From a virus, in the IMG/VR virus record IMGVR_UViG_3300044801_000208, positions 1 through 64,000 of that record: a stretch of 64,000 bases of DNA. One strand, given 5' to 3'. The notes beneath the pieces are model-generated. The model did not search any database and was not told the DNA's origin. It was given only the letters and a program-made list of their open reading frames with translations. The position numbers and the translations under genes are program-made. Positions 54,236 through 62,639 of the stretch are shown here, piece after piece. Each line of letters begins with the position of its first letter. Position 1 is the stretch's first letter.

Positions 54236-54296
54236 GTCTCTATCCTGATACTGCATATTCGCAAAATCTGCGGAAACTGTCAAGCGAAAAATCGCG

Positions 54297-54632
54297 ATGG
54301 CGCGGGAGGGGCCGGTTGCCAGTCCGACATCAGGCCCTGGTCGGGGATTCCCGGCCGTTGCTTTCGGCGGGTGCTCTTTGGGCTGCCGCCCTAGCGTTTG
54401 AGCTACACCTTCCCGCGCCAAACTTGCCGGGTGCCCGCTGTGGCTCCCCGCGCTGCACCCTGACTCCGTGTTGCCAAAGTGTTTCCCCCAGCATCTCTTG
54501 GCCCGGTGAATACAGGGTCGGAGTCGGGGGCTGCGGCGCGGCTCAGTGGGCTATTCACGCCCTTTGTCCCTCTGGGCTGTTTATCCTCTGGGGACGAGCG
54601 GCGGTTTCCCGCAGGCTAAAATCAATCTCTCA
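54297..54632 (-). ncRNA. candidate large structured RNA (about 330 nt)
   Basis: At least 8 nested helices and a 7-bp loop-loop complement; no credible ORF; CAGTACTAT motif just upstream. Confidence 0.55.
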
Positions 54633-54947
54633 TGTATAGTACTGCAAAGTCAAGGTTTTTCTTCGCGAAGCGGACTTTTTGGGAACCTACCCCTTCGGTG
54701 GGCCCCCTACCACGGCTTGCGCCGGGGTACTTTTTGCGGGCCTTGGTACTTGCTGACGCTTTCCCTGCCCAGACCGTCTAAAGGTTTTGGGGCGGTGGAT
54801 GCCGCCCCGTTGAGAGTGGTTTCCTAGGCCGTAGAAGGCGCGGAACGACAGCGTGGCCACGCTGAGGCCGCCGGAGCGCCAAAACTTGCTGGACGGATTG
54901 TGTACCGTCGCCAGGGAACCCGACCCCTGTCCGTTGCCTTCGCTCCC

Positions 54948-55634
54948 TCACAGTATACGCTGGGCGCGGCAGGATCGTCCGGAACCCTCCTGTATCTGCT
55001 GAATCAGTATCTTGCGACCCCTCAGGAGCCTGGACTTGAGCGCCGCCATGGGGATCAGGACGGGGGTGCCGTCCTTCTTGCGGTGGACGGGGCCGAGGAC
55101 GCGGCGGATGTCCTTGTTCCGCATGCCCTCCCAGAAGCGGAGGCGGAGTATCTCGCGGTACGCCGTCGGCACGCGGGTGATCGCACGCCTCAGAACCTCC
55201 CGGTCGGCCACGCCCTCCAGGCACAGGTCGCGGACGGAGAGCCTCACGGCTACCTTCCTGCCGTACGTCTCGCCGCTGAGCTCCTGGTCCAGGGAGACCT
55301 CGTTGCGGCACGCCTGCGTGTTCTCGTGCCTCAGGTGTTGCAGCCCCTCGTTGATTGCGATGCGGGTGACCCAGGTGGAGAACTTGGACTGCTCGTCGAA
55401 CGTCCCGAGCTTCTGCCAGACCTTCGTGAGCGCGACGTTCGCCAGCCACTCGGCCTGGTCCTCGTCGTGCACGATGCGGCTGATGACGATCCGCAGGCGG
55501 TTGTGGTGGTGGGCGTAGAGCGCGGTGAACGCCGCCTCTTCGCCGCCCTTGGCGCGGCGGACCAGCTCAAGCTCCTCCGGCGAGTCGTAGACCTTGCGCT
55601 TCAGCGCGGGTGCTGCGGCTGCTGATGCTCCCAT
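54948..55634 (-). CDS. ECF-type RNA polymerase sigma factor
   Basis: LVRRAKGG...AF..LY, F...SKFSTWVTRIAIN (region 2); LP/VP..YREIL.LR...G....I...LG...KSRL.RGR (region 4). Confidence 0.85.
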   Translation of the reverse strand: MGASAAAAPALKRKVYDSPEELELVRRAKGGEEAAFTALYAHHHNRLRIVISRIVHDEDQAEWLANVALTKVWQKLGTFDEQSKFSTWVTRIAINEGLQHLRHENTQACRNEVSLDQELSGETYGRKVAVRLSVRDLCLEGVADREVLRRAITRVPTAYREILRLRFWEGMRNKDIRRVLGPVHRKKDGTPVLIPMAALKSRLLRGRKILIQQIQEGSGRSCRAQRIL

Positions 55635-55678
55635 TCTTGTCGTTCCTCTCTCGCAGTGTACGTTATACCTCGCGCAAA

Positions 55679-55725
55679 CGTCCGGCCCAGCCGTCCGGCC
55701 CAGCCGTCCGGCCCAGCCGTCCGGC
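55679..55725. repeat. 13-bp tandem repeat, about 3.5 copies
   Basis: (CCGTCCGGCCCAG)n upstream of the sigma gene. Confidence 0.85.
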
Positions 55726-55788
55726 GTCACGGCCGTCGAGGCGGGGCGGTACTCCGCCGTGTACTTGAACTCCGGCTTCTCCGTGAAC

Positions 55789-55846
55789 GGCGTGGTGAAC
55801 CTCCAGCGGGGTCGGGCGTGGTGAACCTCCAGCGGGGTCGGGCGTG
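55789..55846. repeat. 26-bp tandem duplication
   Basis: GGCGTGGTGAACCTCCAGCGGGGTCG twice. Confidence 0.85.
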
Positions 55847-56164
55847 ATGACGAACGTCTGGTTATTGATCTCGTCGTACCCGGCGGCGGGGTCGAAGCGG
55901 TCTTCCTGGACTTTGAGGGTGAGGCCCGAGGCGGAGAAGCCGACCACGGTGTACGGATAGCGGTCGCTGCCGACGTACAGGGTGCCGCCGATGCCCTTGA
56001 CGAGCTCGTGCTGTCCGTCGGGGTCTTCATTTGGCCGCCTTCCTGGCGAGCGCGGCCTGTAGCTCGTACCACGCCCTGACCTGCGCCTTCGTTGGCTTGT
56101 CCATGAGAACAGTATACGGGCGGGCGGGCGGAAACGGCTATGGCACCGAAGTGCCTGAGTTTTG

Positions 56165-56404
56165 CTAGGGTTGGGGCAGGTCCTCGGGCAGGTTCAGGCT
56201 CACGTCGCCCTCTTCGTCCTCGTAGGCGAGCCTGATCACGACGTAGTCCCTGGTGAGGTGGCGGCCGACGACGGGCGCGTCCTGGTACGCCTCGAAGTCT
56301 GCGCGGCTGATGACCACTTCCCCGCCGAGCCTGTCGAGCAGGCAGGCGAGAATCTGGAGGAGGGTCTCGATCTGGGCCTCGTGGGGGGTGACGATCTCGT
56401 CCAT
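56165..56404 (-). CDS. hypothetical protein
   Basis: MDEIVTP... after AGGAGG. Confidence 0.6.
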   Translation of the reverse strand: MDEIVTPHEAQIETLLQILACLLDRLGGEVVISRADFEAYQDAPVVGRHLTRDYVVIRLAYEDEEGDVSLNLPEDLPQP

Positions 56405-56433
56405 GGGAGAAAATCCTCCTATTGAGGAGGCCC

Positions 56434-56715
56434 CTAGTCCGGTTCCTTCTCCTGCTCCTGGGTGTCGCCCTCGCCGAAGATGGCGCGGAGAAGTTTCTCC
56501 TCGGGCGAGAGGCCGATCGTCTTGTCCTCGGGGTAGAAGAAGGCCCTCATCATGCAGCACAACAGCGCGGGCTCGCCGTCGATCATGACTACCGCGAGCT
56601 CGTACTGCGAGAGCCCGTCCTCGTGGCAGATGTCGCAGCAGCGCACCCCGGTGTAGTCGAAGTCGCGGCACGATTTGTTGTACTCGAACTGGCGATCGCC
56701 GTTGTCGAAGATCAT
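56434..56715 (-). CDS. Cys-rich hypothetical protein
   Basis: CCDICH...LLCC. Confidence 0.55.
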   Translation of the reverse strand: MIFDNGDRQFEYNKSCRDFDYTGVRCCDICHEDGLSQYELAVVMIDGEPALLCCMMRAFFYPEDKTIGLSPEEKLLRAIFGEGDTQEQEKEPD

Positions 56716-56877
56716 TTCTCGTCCCAGATGGCCGGTCGTCCGGCTCCATCTACTGGCGGAAAGTCGGGGAATGCGATCTTGGTTGGCGGGGGCGGGGTCT
56801 TGCGGTTGACGATCTGCGGGGCGTACGACGCGGCCATGAGGAGGCCGAGCAGGATGAGGAGGCCGATTTGGCTGTCT

Positions 56878-57177
56878 TTAGTCAAGCGTGAGCTTTGGGA
56901 CCTCGTTCGCCCCGGCGAGGATTATGCTGGGCAGTTCGCATTCTACCATGGCGAGCTGGCTGGGGCAAAGGAGCATGTACTTGTTGGGGATCAGTCGGCC
57001 GTCGTCGTCGGTCGCCTGGCGGATCATGCCGACGGAGGCGTACTGGATGAACATCCGGTTCATCAGGGCCTTCATCTGCTCGTCGACGTGGTGGCGCGGG
57101 TCGGCCTGGGCCGTGATGTCCTGTATGGTCTGCTCGCCGGAGGTGAAGGTGATCCGGAACGACAGCTTGATGTCCAT
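56878..57177 (-). CDS. hypothetical protein
   Basis: MDIKLSF... directly after the RNR gene. Confidence 0.55.
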   Translation of the reverse strand: MDIKLSFRITFTSGEQTIQDITAQADPRHHVDEQMKALMNRMFIQYASVGMIRQATDDDGRLIPNKYMLLCPSQLAMVECELPSIILAGANEVPKLTLD

Positions 57178-57181
57178 CTGG

Positions 57182-60100
57182 CTACATTTCGCACGCGCCT
57201 GCGGAACAGGCAAGCTCCTTGGCGGCCGTGGTCATGTCCTCTTTTTCAAAGTCGGGGAGGCGGGCCCAGTCTATGGACGGCTCCCTCCCCCTGAGGCTTA
57301 AATACTCGGCCTGGGTGATTTCCGTGTAGGGTGCCTGGCGGTATATCCCGTTGTCGTGGGGCTGGAAGCTGATCCCGCCGATCAGGTCGAAGTGCTTGAA
57401 GCACCAGGCCAGCACGTCGGTCCACTCGGCCTCGCGGACGTAGATCGTGCAGTTGTGAGTCAAGATGTTTCCCTCTAGCACAAAATGCCCTTCCTCTGGT
57501 TCCTCGACGCAAAACACAGGCTCTATTTTGTCTGTCTTGCGTACCGCGACAATCTTCCAGAATTTGTCATGCTTAGCCGGTGAGAACCGGGACCGTTTGT
57601 CCTCCAGCACAAAGAAGTTTTCATCAAGCGTGCCTTTATGTATCCCGACGACATAGCCCGTGTGACCGCCAAAATTCTTGGACCAGCGCTCCCCGATCTG
57701 GGTAGATACAGCCAGCCCAGCTTTTGGGGCTGCTTCCTGGAGCCAAAGTAAGCTGTCACGAACACTGGACGCCAATGTACATTGCCCGTCCTGCGCTATG
57801 TGCCCGTCTGCGGCAAACCAGCCGCTGATAAACCCCCGCAGGTATTCTGGACTGCTTGTTGTGATGCCGGGCAGGGTCTTCCAGTTGTTTGGGAGCCCAT
57901 AAAATCTGACTTGCCCCACATCTTCCCTTGGGGTCGGCTTATATCCGGCTTGCTCAAACAGCACCGACAGCTTGCGGCTATCACAGCCGTTCGGGTCGTT
58001 GCAGAGATATATTTGGCAGGCTTTCGGCTGGCTGGTGCCGTCAGCGGAGGCCGCCACGCGGGCAGCCCCGTCCCCGTACGTGATCCCGTGGAGGACGGCT
58101 TGCTTGTCAAGGCTAACCCGGAAAGCGGGATTAACGGTGACAAACTGCCGCTTGCCGACAAAGCCGTGAATCTTGTCCGTAGGAACCAGCTTTTCCTTGT
58201 ACCCAGCCCAGCGCCCGAAAGCGTAAGTCAACGGCCAGAGATGCGAAGCTGTAGTTTCTATCGTATGTTTTGCCCCACATCTCTCCAACTCAACCTCCCA
58301 AATGGGCTGTTTACCGAAACGACGCACAGTGGCATCCTTCCATACGCCTCGTTTGCCGAGCACGCGCACCTTCTCCCCGTCTGAGAATTGGGAGAAGCTT
58401 GCCAGCCCCCGGTCTGTGATAAACCGCGTTTTTCCAGAAAAGCAACTCGGGTTGTGCTCCGTCCAGTGCATCTTGTACGTCTTGTATGTCTCCAGCTGCT
58501 CCATGGCCGTGCGGTCGTTGCGGCACACGCTCGTGTCCGGCGACTCCAGGGCGAAGAAGAACACGTCGGAGTCGTTCGGCTTGTTGAGCTCCGGCTCGGA
58601 CAGCCAGCCGATCGCCTTCATGAACTCGTTGACCGGGCTCTTGCGGTCCTCCTGCGTGCCGCGCATGATCCAGCGGGCGTAGCGGGCGTGGATGCCGGGC
58701 GAGCAGTTGACCAGCTGGGACACGGTGCCCGAGGGCTTGATGCAGGTGATGGCGGCGGGGACGGGGATGCCCAGCTTCCCGGCCCACTCCGTGGCGACCT
58801 CGATGGTGTACTCGCGCAGCTCGTCCAGGAACTTCGCCAGCTCGGGGCCGTTCGTGGACATCATGACGTTGTCCATGATGCCCGTGAGGGAGACGCCCAG
58901 CAGGCGCTCCTCCTCCGCGTTCTTCTGCCACTCCTTGCGGAGGTAGCGGAACTCGGTCAGCGTGGACTGGAGGCAGCCGATGATCGTCGCGATGCGGACC
59001 TTGCGCCTGATGGTCGCCTTGGTGTCGTGCGGCCTGATGACGCACTCGGAGAGGTTACAAAATCCTTGAGGACGGAGATTTATCTCACCGCAGTTATGAA
59101 CATACAACCCGTTGGCATCAAAGGCATTGATGCCGGGAATCGAGCAGTCGAATACTTCTTTATCGCCGATGTAGGTAACTGTTTCAACTTTAGAGAAAAA
59201 CCGCTCACGGTTGATTTCCCGTTGGTAGTTCGTCAACGCTGACATCAATTTCTCTTGCTTAGATTCATCCTCAAAGCCTACTACGCTAGCAAATTCTACG
59301 AGATTGTCATTAGCTATAATAAGTTCATGTTGTGCTTGACAAAAATATTCCTTCGAACCCCCACTGCCATCAGGCAACAAACGCAAACCCGCTTCTCGAC
59401 GGTCTCTATAAATTGCAGAAACTACCCCCAGCCTAGCCAGCATCCGTTGGGCGACTTGCAACCCCGGCAAATCAATTGAAGAAAGGCGAACACTCACTCC
59501 CTTAGCTTGCGTTCCCTGTACAGAACCATCAGCGTCAAACCAACCCCGTAAAAATCCTCGATGAAAGTCGCTGCTAGTGGCCTCGATGTTTGGGGTCAGT
59601 TGTTTTGCTTGCGTAAAGCCGTACTCAGACGCTAAGGTACCCAGTTTTACAGAACCTACTCTGGTTCGATTGCACTGTGGTTGATCATTCCCTTTAAGAT
59701 CAGAACGTGCCCCTACGGCTGCATAAACGCGAGCTATAGCGACCTCAACCAGCTCAGAGCGGCTGTCGCCCCAATAATCAAGGTTGGCTTTACCGCTAGA
59801 CTCTATATTGCCATCCCCTTTCAAATTACCTAGAAGCCAACCTTCGTCAAAGGTCCCAACCCCCTTGAACTGGTAATTACGGTGGTTATTCAAAACCACC
59901 CGATCCCCCACCTGTAGATCACTTACACGCTTCCATGAAGTACGCTGAGTCTTTTGGCTTAGGTAATCCATAACCAAAACAAGGTGGTCACCTGTTGCCT
60001 CCAACAAATAGCCGTGAGTAGTTACCAATTGGTACACGGGTTTTACGCCTGTGAAGAAAAATCCGTCCTCAGTGGATTCATGCTCTTCGCCGTCCACCAC

Positions 60101-62122
60101 GGCGGTAAACTTTTTACCTAATAAATTACCGACTTGATTCGGTCCGTTCGCAGTTGTAATCCACACAGTTTTAGTTAAGCACGGGTTGGTGCCGAACTCG
60201 ATGCCCTCCCACTTGCGCCTGCCCGTGCGCTTCGCGGAGTTGATGGCCGCGACGCGGTTGAAGATGCCGCGCTCGCCGGACTTGGACTCGATGAGGGTGA
60301 GGAACTCCTTGATGAAAATCTCCGGCTCGGGCTTCTCCGTGTAGGCCACGGAGTTGTTGGCCAGCCTGCGCCAGGGCGTGGCGCTCGGCTTGTACCACTC
60401 GCCCGTCTTCGCGCCGCGCATGCGGTCGTCGGACAGGTTGGACAGCGACAGCATCGCGCTGCGGCGCACGCCGCCCACGACGACCACGTCGCCGACCATG
60501 CACATGAGGTCGTGGCACTCCAGCGAGCTGAGCCTGCGCCCGGCCGCCTCCTTGAAGAGGCCGACGGTGAACTTGAAGAGGCGCTCCAAGGGCTCGGGGC
60601 CGGAGGCGCGGCCGCCCATGGTCTTGAGAACGGAGCCCGCTGGCCTGACGGCGCTGAGGTCCCAGGTCGGGACGGAGCCGCTGTAGAGGAGGCTGATCAG
60701 CTGGCGGAACGCGTTGGACCAGCCGATCTTGGAATCCCTTACTTTGATGCAGGTCTCGACGGGATAGAACTTCTCGGCGATCGTGGGGAGGAGGTTGGTG
60801 TACTGGCGCTCGACGGAGAAGCCCACGCCCGTGCCGCACATGCTGAGGTACATCGCCTCGTCGAACGCCCTCGGGTCGTTGACCGCGATGTAGGAGCAGT
60901 TTCCGGTGACTATCCCCCCGGCGAGCACAAATGTGCTGGTGTCGGGTACCTCAGCGCAAAAGACCTCCTTTTGGTCTCCCGTCTCCTCGACGGCGTCTAT
61001 CGTGAAATAAGACACCAATGGTTTGAAGTTTTCGCGTTTCCGGCTGCACAGGAAATCCTCCTCCACCATGGAGCTCCGGCTGAATCGCACCACGTATGAG
61101 TCTTTTTTGCGTTTTCCGTAGTTTGTTTCCGCCTTCTGCTTATGAAACCCCTGGACGACGCATCCGAGTCTTTCGGAGTTCAGCAGCAGCCACTCCAGCC
61201 CCTCGGCGGCGGTGCAAAGAGACACTGAGCCGCTCCCTCTGTTCACCGAACCGTCGGCGGCCATCCATCCGCGAATAAACCCCAGTAGGTACGACTCTGT
61301 TTCGGACATCGGGGGGAGTTCTTTCAGCGCGTGGGTTGCCGCAAAATCGTCGTACAGCATAACTACCGGATCGCCGCCGAACGACGGTGGGTAGCACACG
61401 GGGTACCCCTCGAAATGCACCAGCAGCTCCCGGCTATCCCCGCAGAGGCGGATGTGCCAGCCCTTTACGCGTTTGCACGATTTGGTCGCGGTGCCGTCTC
61501 CGTATATGAGCCCGTGCCTCACCCCGAGCGGGTAGTCGTCGTCAATTTCCGGTTTTAGGGCGCGCGTGAACGGCACCCTGTCTTTTCGCTGAAGGCCGCT
61601 TGTGGGGACGACTCTGCCGTCCGTCAGCAGCCAGCGGTGGTTGGCTGAGCATTCGACTGTTTTTTCCGTGTTTGAGTTGAGTTTCAGCTTGACGTTAAAC
61701 GTGGGCTGTTTTCCGTAACCGTGAATCGCGGCCTCCGCCCACGCCCCGTTGGAGTTAACCACGGTGACGGATTCGCCCGCGACGGCTTGTATCTCCACGT
61801 TCCCGTGCTCGCGGGTGACGATTCTCGTCTCCCCCACGACAGGGTTGTACCCGGCGGCGTTGTCCTTCTCCAGCGCGGGGCCCGCCGTCATCATCGCCCG
61901 CATGGAGGGCATGACCTCCATGTGGTAGATCGCCTTCTCAAGCTCGGAGGCCGTCGCCTCGCGGTCGGCCTTGGGGATGCGCGGCGAAAAGAAGGACACG
62001 TAACGGCTTACCGTCTCGTCCCAGTGCTCCCTCCTGCCCTTTTCTTCCACCCAGCGTGCGTATCTCGACTTGTGTATGAAGGCGGAGTAGGTAGACATCT
62101 CGAACGGAGATTTGGACACCAT
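57182..62122 (-). CDS. nrdJ: class II (B12-dependent) ribonucleoside-triphosphate reductase with three inteins; spliced product about 637 aa
   Basis: SRYARW...RE.W.ETV.RY, PSMR, GTGVGFS, GGVRRSA, TNP|CGEI, TCIKPSGTVS, C-terminal CSAGACE. Confidence 0.92.
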   Translation of the reverse strand: MVSKSPFEMSTYSAFIHKSRYARWVEEKGRREHWDETVSRYVSFFSPRIPKADREATASELEKAIYHMEVMPSMRAMMTAGPALEKDNAAGYNPVVGETRIVTREHGNVEIQAVAGESVTVVNSNGAWAEAAIHGYGKQPTFNVKLKLNSNTEKTVECSANHRWLLTDGRVVPTSGLQRKDRVPFTRALKPEIDDDYPLGVRHGLIYGDGTATKSCKRVKGWHIRLCGDSRELLVHFEGYPVCYPPSFGGDPVVMLYDDFAATHALKELPPMSETESYLLGFIRGWMAADGSVNRGSGSVSLCTAAEGLEWLLLNSERLGCVVQGFHKQKAETNYGKRKKDSYVVRFSRSSMVEEDFLCSRKRENFKPLVSYFTIDAVEETGDQKEVFCAEVPDTSTFVLAGGIVTGNCSYIAVNDPRAFDEAMYLSMCGTGVGFSVERQYTNLLPTIAEKFYPVETCIKVRDSKIGWSNAFRQLISLLYSGSVPTWDLSAVRPAGSVLKTMGGRASGPEPLERLFKFTVGLFKEAAGRRLSSLECHDLMCMVGDVVVVGGVRRSAMLSLSNLSDDRMRGAKTGEWYKPSATPWRRLANNSVAYTEKPEPEIFIKEFLTLIESKSGERGIFNRVAAINSAKRTGRRKWEGIEFGTNPCLTKTVWITTANGPNQVGNLLGKKFTAVVDGEEHESTEDGFFFTGVKPVYQLVTTHGYLLEATGDHLVLVMDYLSQKTQRTSWKRVSDLQVGDRVVLNNHRNYQFKGVGTFDEGWLLGNLKGDGNIESSGKANLDYWGDSRSELVEVAIARVYAAVGARSDLKGNDQPQCNRTRVGSVKLGTLASEYGFTQAKQLTPNIEATSSDFHRGFLRGWFDADGSVQGTQAKGVSVRLSSIDLPGLQVAQRMLARLGVVSAIYRDRREAGLRLLPDGSGGSKEYFCQAQHELIIANDNLVEFASVVGFEDESKQEKLMSALTNYQREINRERFFSKVETVTYIGDKEVFDCSIPGINAFDANGLYVHNCGEINLRPQGFCNLSECVIRPHDTKATIRRKVRIATIIGCLQSTLTEFRYLRKEWQKNAEEERLLGVSLTGIMDNVMMSTNGPELAKFLDELREYTIEVATEWAGKLGIPVPAAITCIKPSGTVSQLVNCSPGIHARYARWIMRGTQEDRKSPVNEFMKAIGWLSEPELNKPNDSDVFFFALESPDTSVCRNDRTAMEQLETYKTYKMHWTEHNPSCFSGKTRFITDRGLASFSQFSDGEKVRVLGKRGVWKDATVRRFGKQPIWEVELERCGAKHTIETTASHLWPLTYAFGRWAGYKEKLVPTDKIHGFVGKRQFVTVNPAFRVSLDKQAVLHGITYGDGAARVAASADGTSQPKACQIYLCNDPNGCDSRKLSVLFEQAGYKPTPREDVGQVRFYGLPNNWKTLPGITTSSPEYLRGFISGWFAADGHIAQDGQCTLASSVRDSLLWLQEAAPKAGLAVSTQIGERWSKNFGGHTGYVVGIHKGTLDENFFVLEDKRSRFSPAKHDKFWKIVAVRKTDKIEPVFCVEEPEEGHFVLEGNILTHNCTIYVREAEWTDVLAWCFKHFDLIGGISFQPHDNGIYRQAPYTEITQAEYLSLRGREPSIDWARLPDFEKEDMTTAAKELACSAGACEM
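57452..58444 (-). mobile_element. intein 3 of nrdJ (331 aa, LAGLIDADG)
   Basis: NPS|CFSGKT...ASHLW...GITYGDG...GWFAADG...VFCVE...LTHN|C. Confidence 0.9.
59093..60181 (-). mobile_element. intein 2 of nrdJ (363 aa, LAGLIDADG) at the thiyl-radical Cys
   Basis: TNP|CLTKT...TGDH...GWFDADG...VFD...VHN|CGEI. Confidence 0.92.
60899..61843 (-). mobile_element. intein 1 of nrdJ (315 aa), class 3 (Pro1, WCT)
   Basis: GYN|PVVGET...ANHRW...GLIYGDG...GWMAADG...VFCAEV...VTGN|CSY. Confidence 0.88.
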
Positions 62123-62607
62123 TAGGCGGCCTTCCCGTACGATTTCGTCTTGCCGTTCAGGGCCCGCCAGGTCGTCATCGTAGCCGTGTTCATCCGCTCC
62201 GCTATCGTCGAGTACGTAAGGCCTTGAGCACGCATGGCGAAGACCGAATCGATTTGTTGGGGGCTCAAAACTGTGTGCTGAGGGACGCCATAGCACTGAA
62301 TGTTGAAGAGCTTTGCGCCGCTGTTCTTGTTTTCTTCGGTCAGCTCAGCCTCAATTTTCCGCGCTGACCTGTTGTCAAGGCTTTGAGCGGCGATGACGAC
62401 GTAGTCAGCCGGGGTGTACCCGGCGTTGAGTAAGCCTTGAATCCAGGTCTGGTGTTCTTTCGTGCGGTTTCCTCGTCCGCTGGGGCTAGACGAGCTTCCG
62501 ATAGCCCAAGCGCGTCCGCCTGTGCCTTTGCCGACGTACACAACTTCTTTTGTTTCAGGGTGAATGTGAAGGTAGACGTAGAATCTATTGCCTGACCTGC
62601 TGACCAT
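62122..62607 (-). CDS. GIY-YIG domain protein with C-terminal HTH
   Basis: FYVYLH......VYVGKG...RA; G.TYSTIA.......WRAL. Confidence 0.8.
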   Translation of the reverse strand: MVSRSGNRFYVYLHIHPETKEVVYVGKGTGGRAWAIGSSSSPSGRGNRTKEHQTWIQGLLNAGYTPADYVVIAAQSLDNRSARKIEAELTEENKNSGAKLFNIQCYGVPQHTVLSPQQIDSVFAMRAQGLTYSTIAERMNTATMTTWRALNGKTKSYGKAA

Positions 62608-62639
62608 GGGGGAATCTCTTTCCTATGAGGGGACAACGT

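Larger units (their letters stand above)
55663..56030 (-). pseudogene. disrupted hypothetical gene
   Basis: MKTP then frameshift near 56020 into GQHELVKGIGGTLYVGSDRYPYTV...; 3' part broken by repeats. Confidence 0.5.

Noticed and set aside
54116-54421. 101-aa extended version of the leader ORF
   Set aside because: The upstream part runs through the structured RNA and the TTGACA promoter; ATG 54235 is the better start
54297-54632. tmRNA, 6S, SRP or group I/II intron identity for the structured region
   Set aside because: No tRNA-like ends or tag ORF, no SRP GGAA loop motif, and no recognisable intron core
55679-55846. Short repeats as a possible CRISPR array
   Set aside because: Head-to-tail tandem copies without unique spacers; no cas genes in the window
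57182-62296. Self-splicing introns in the RNR gene; ORF start at 62296
   Set aside because: The frame is continuous and the inserts have intein termini; the upstream 58 codons overlap the GIY-YIG gene, so the start was set at 62122
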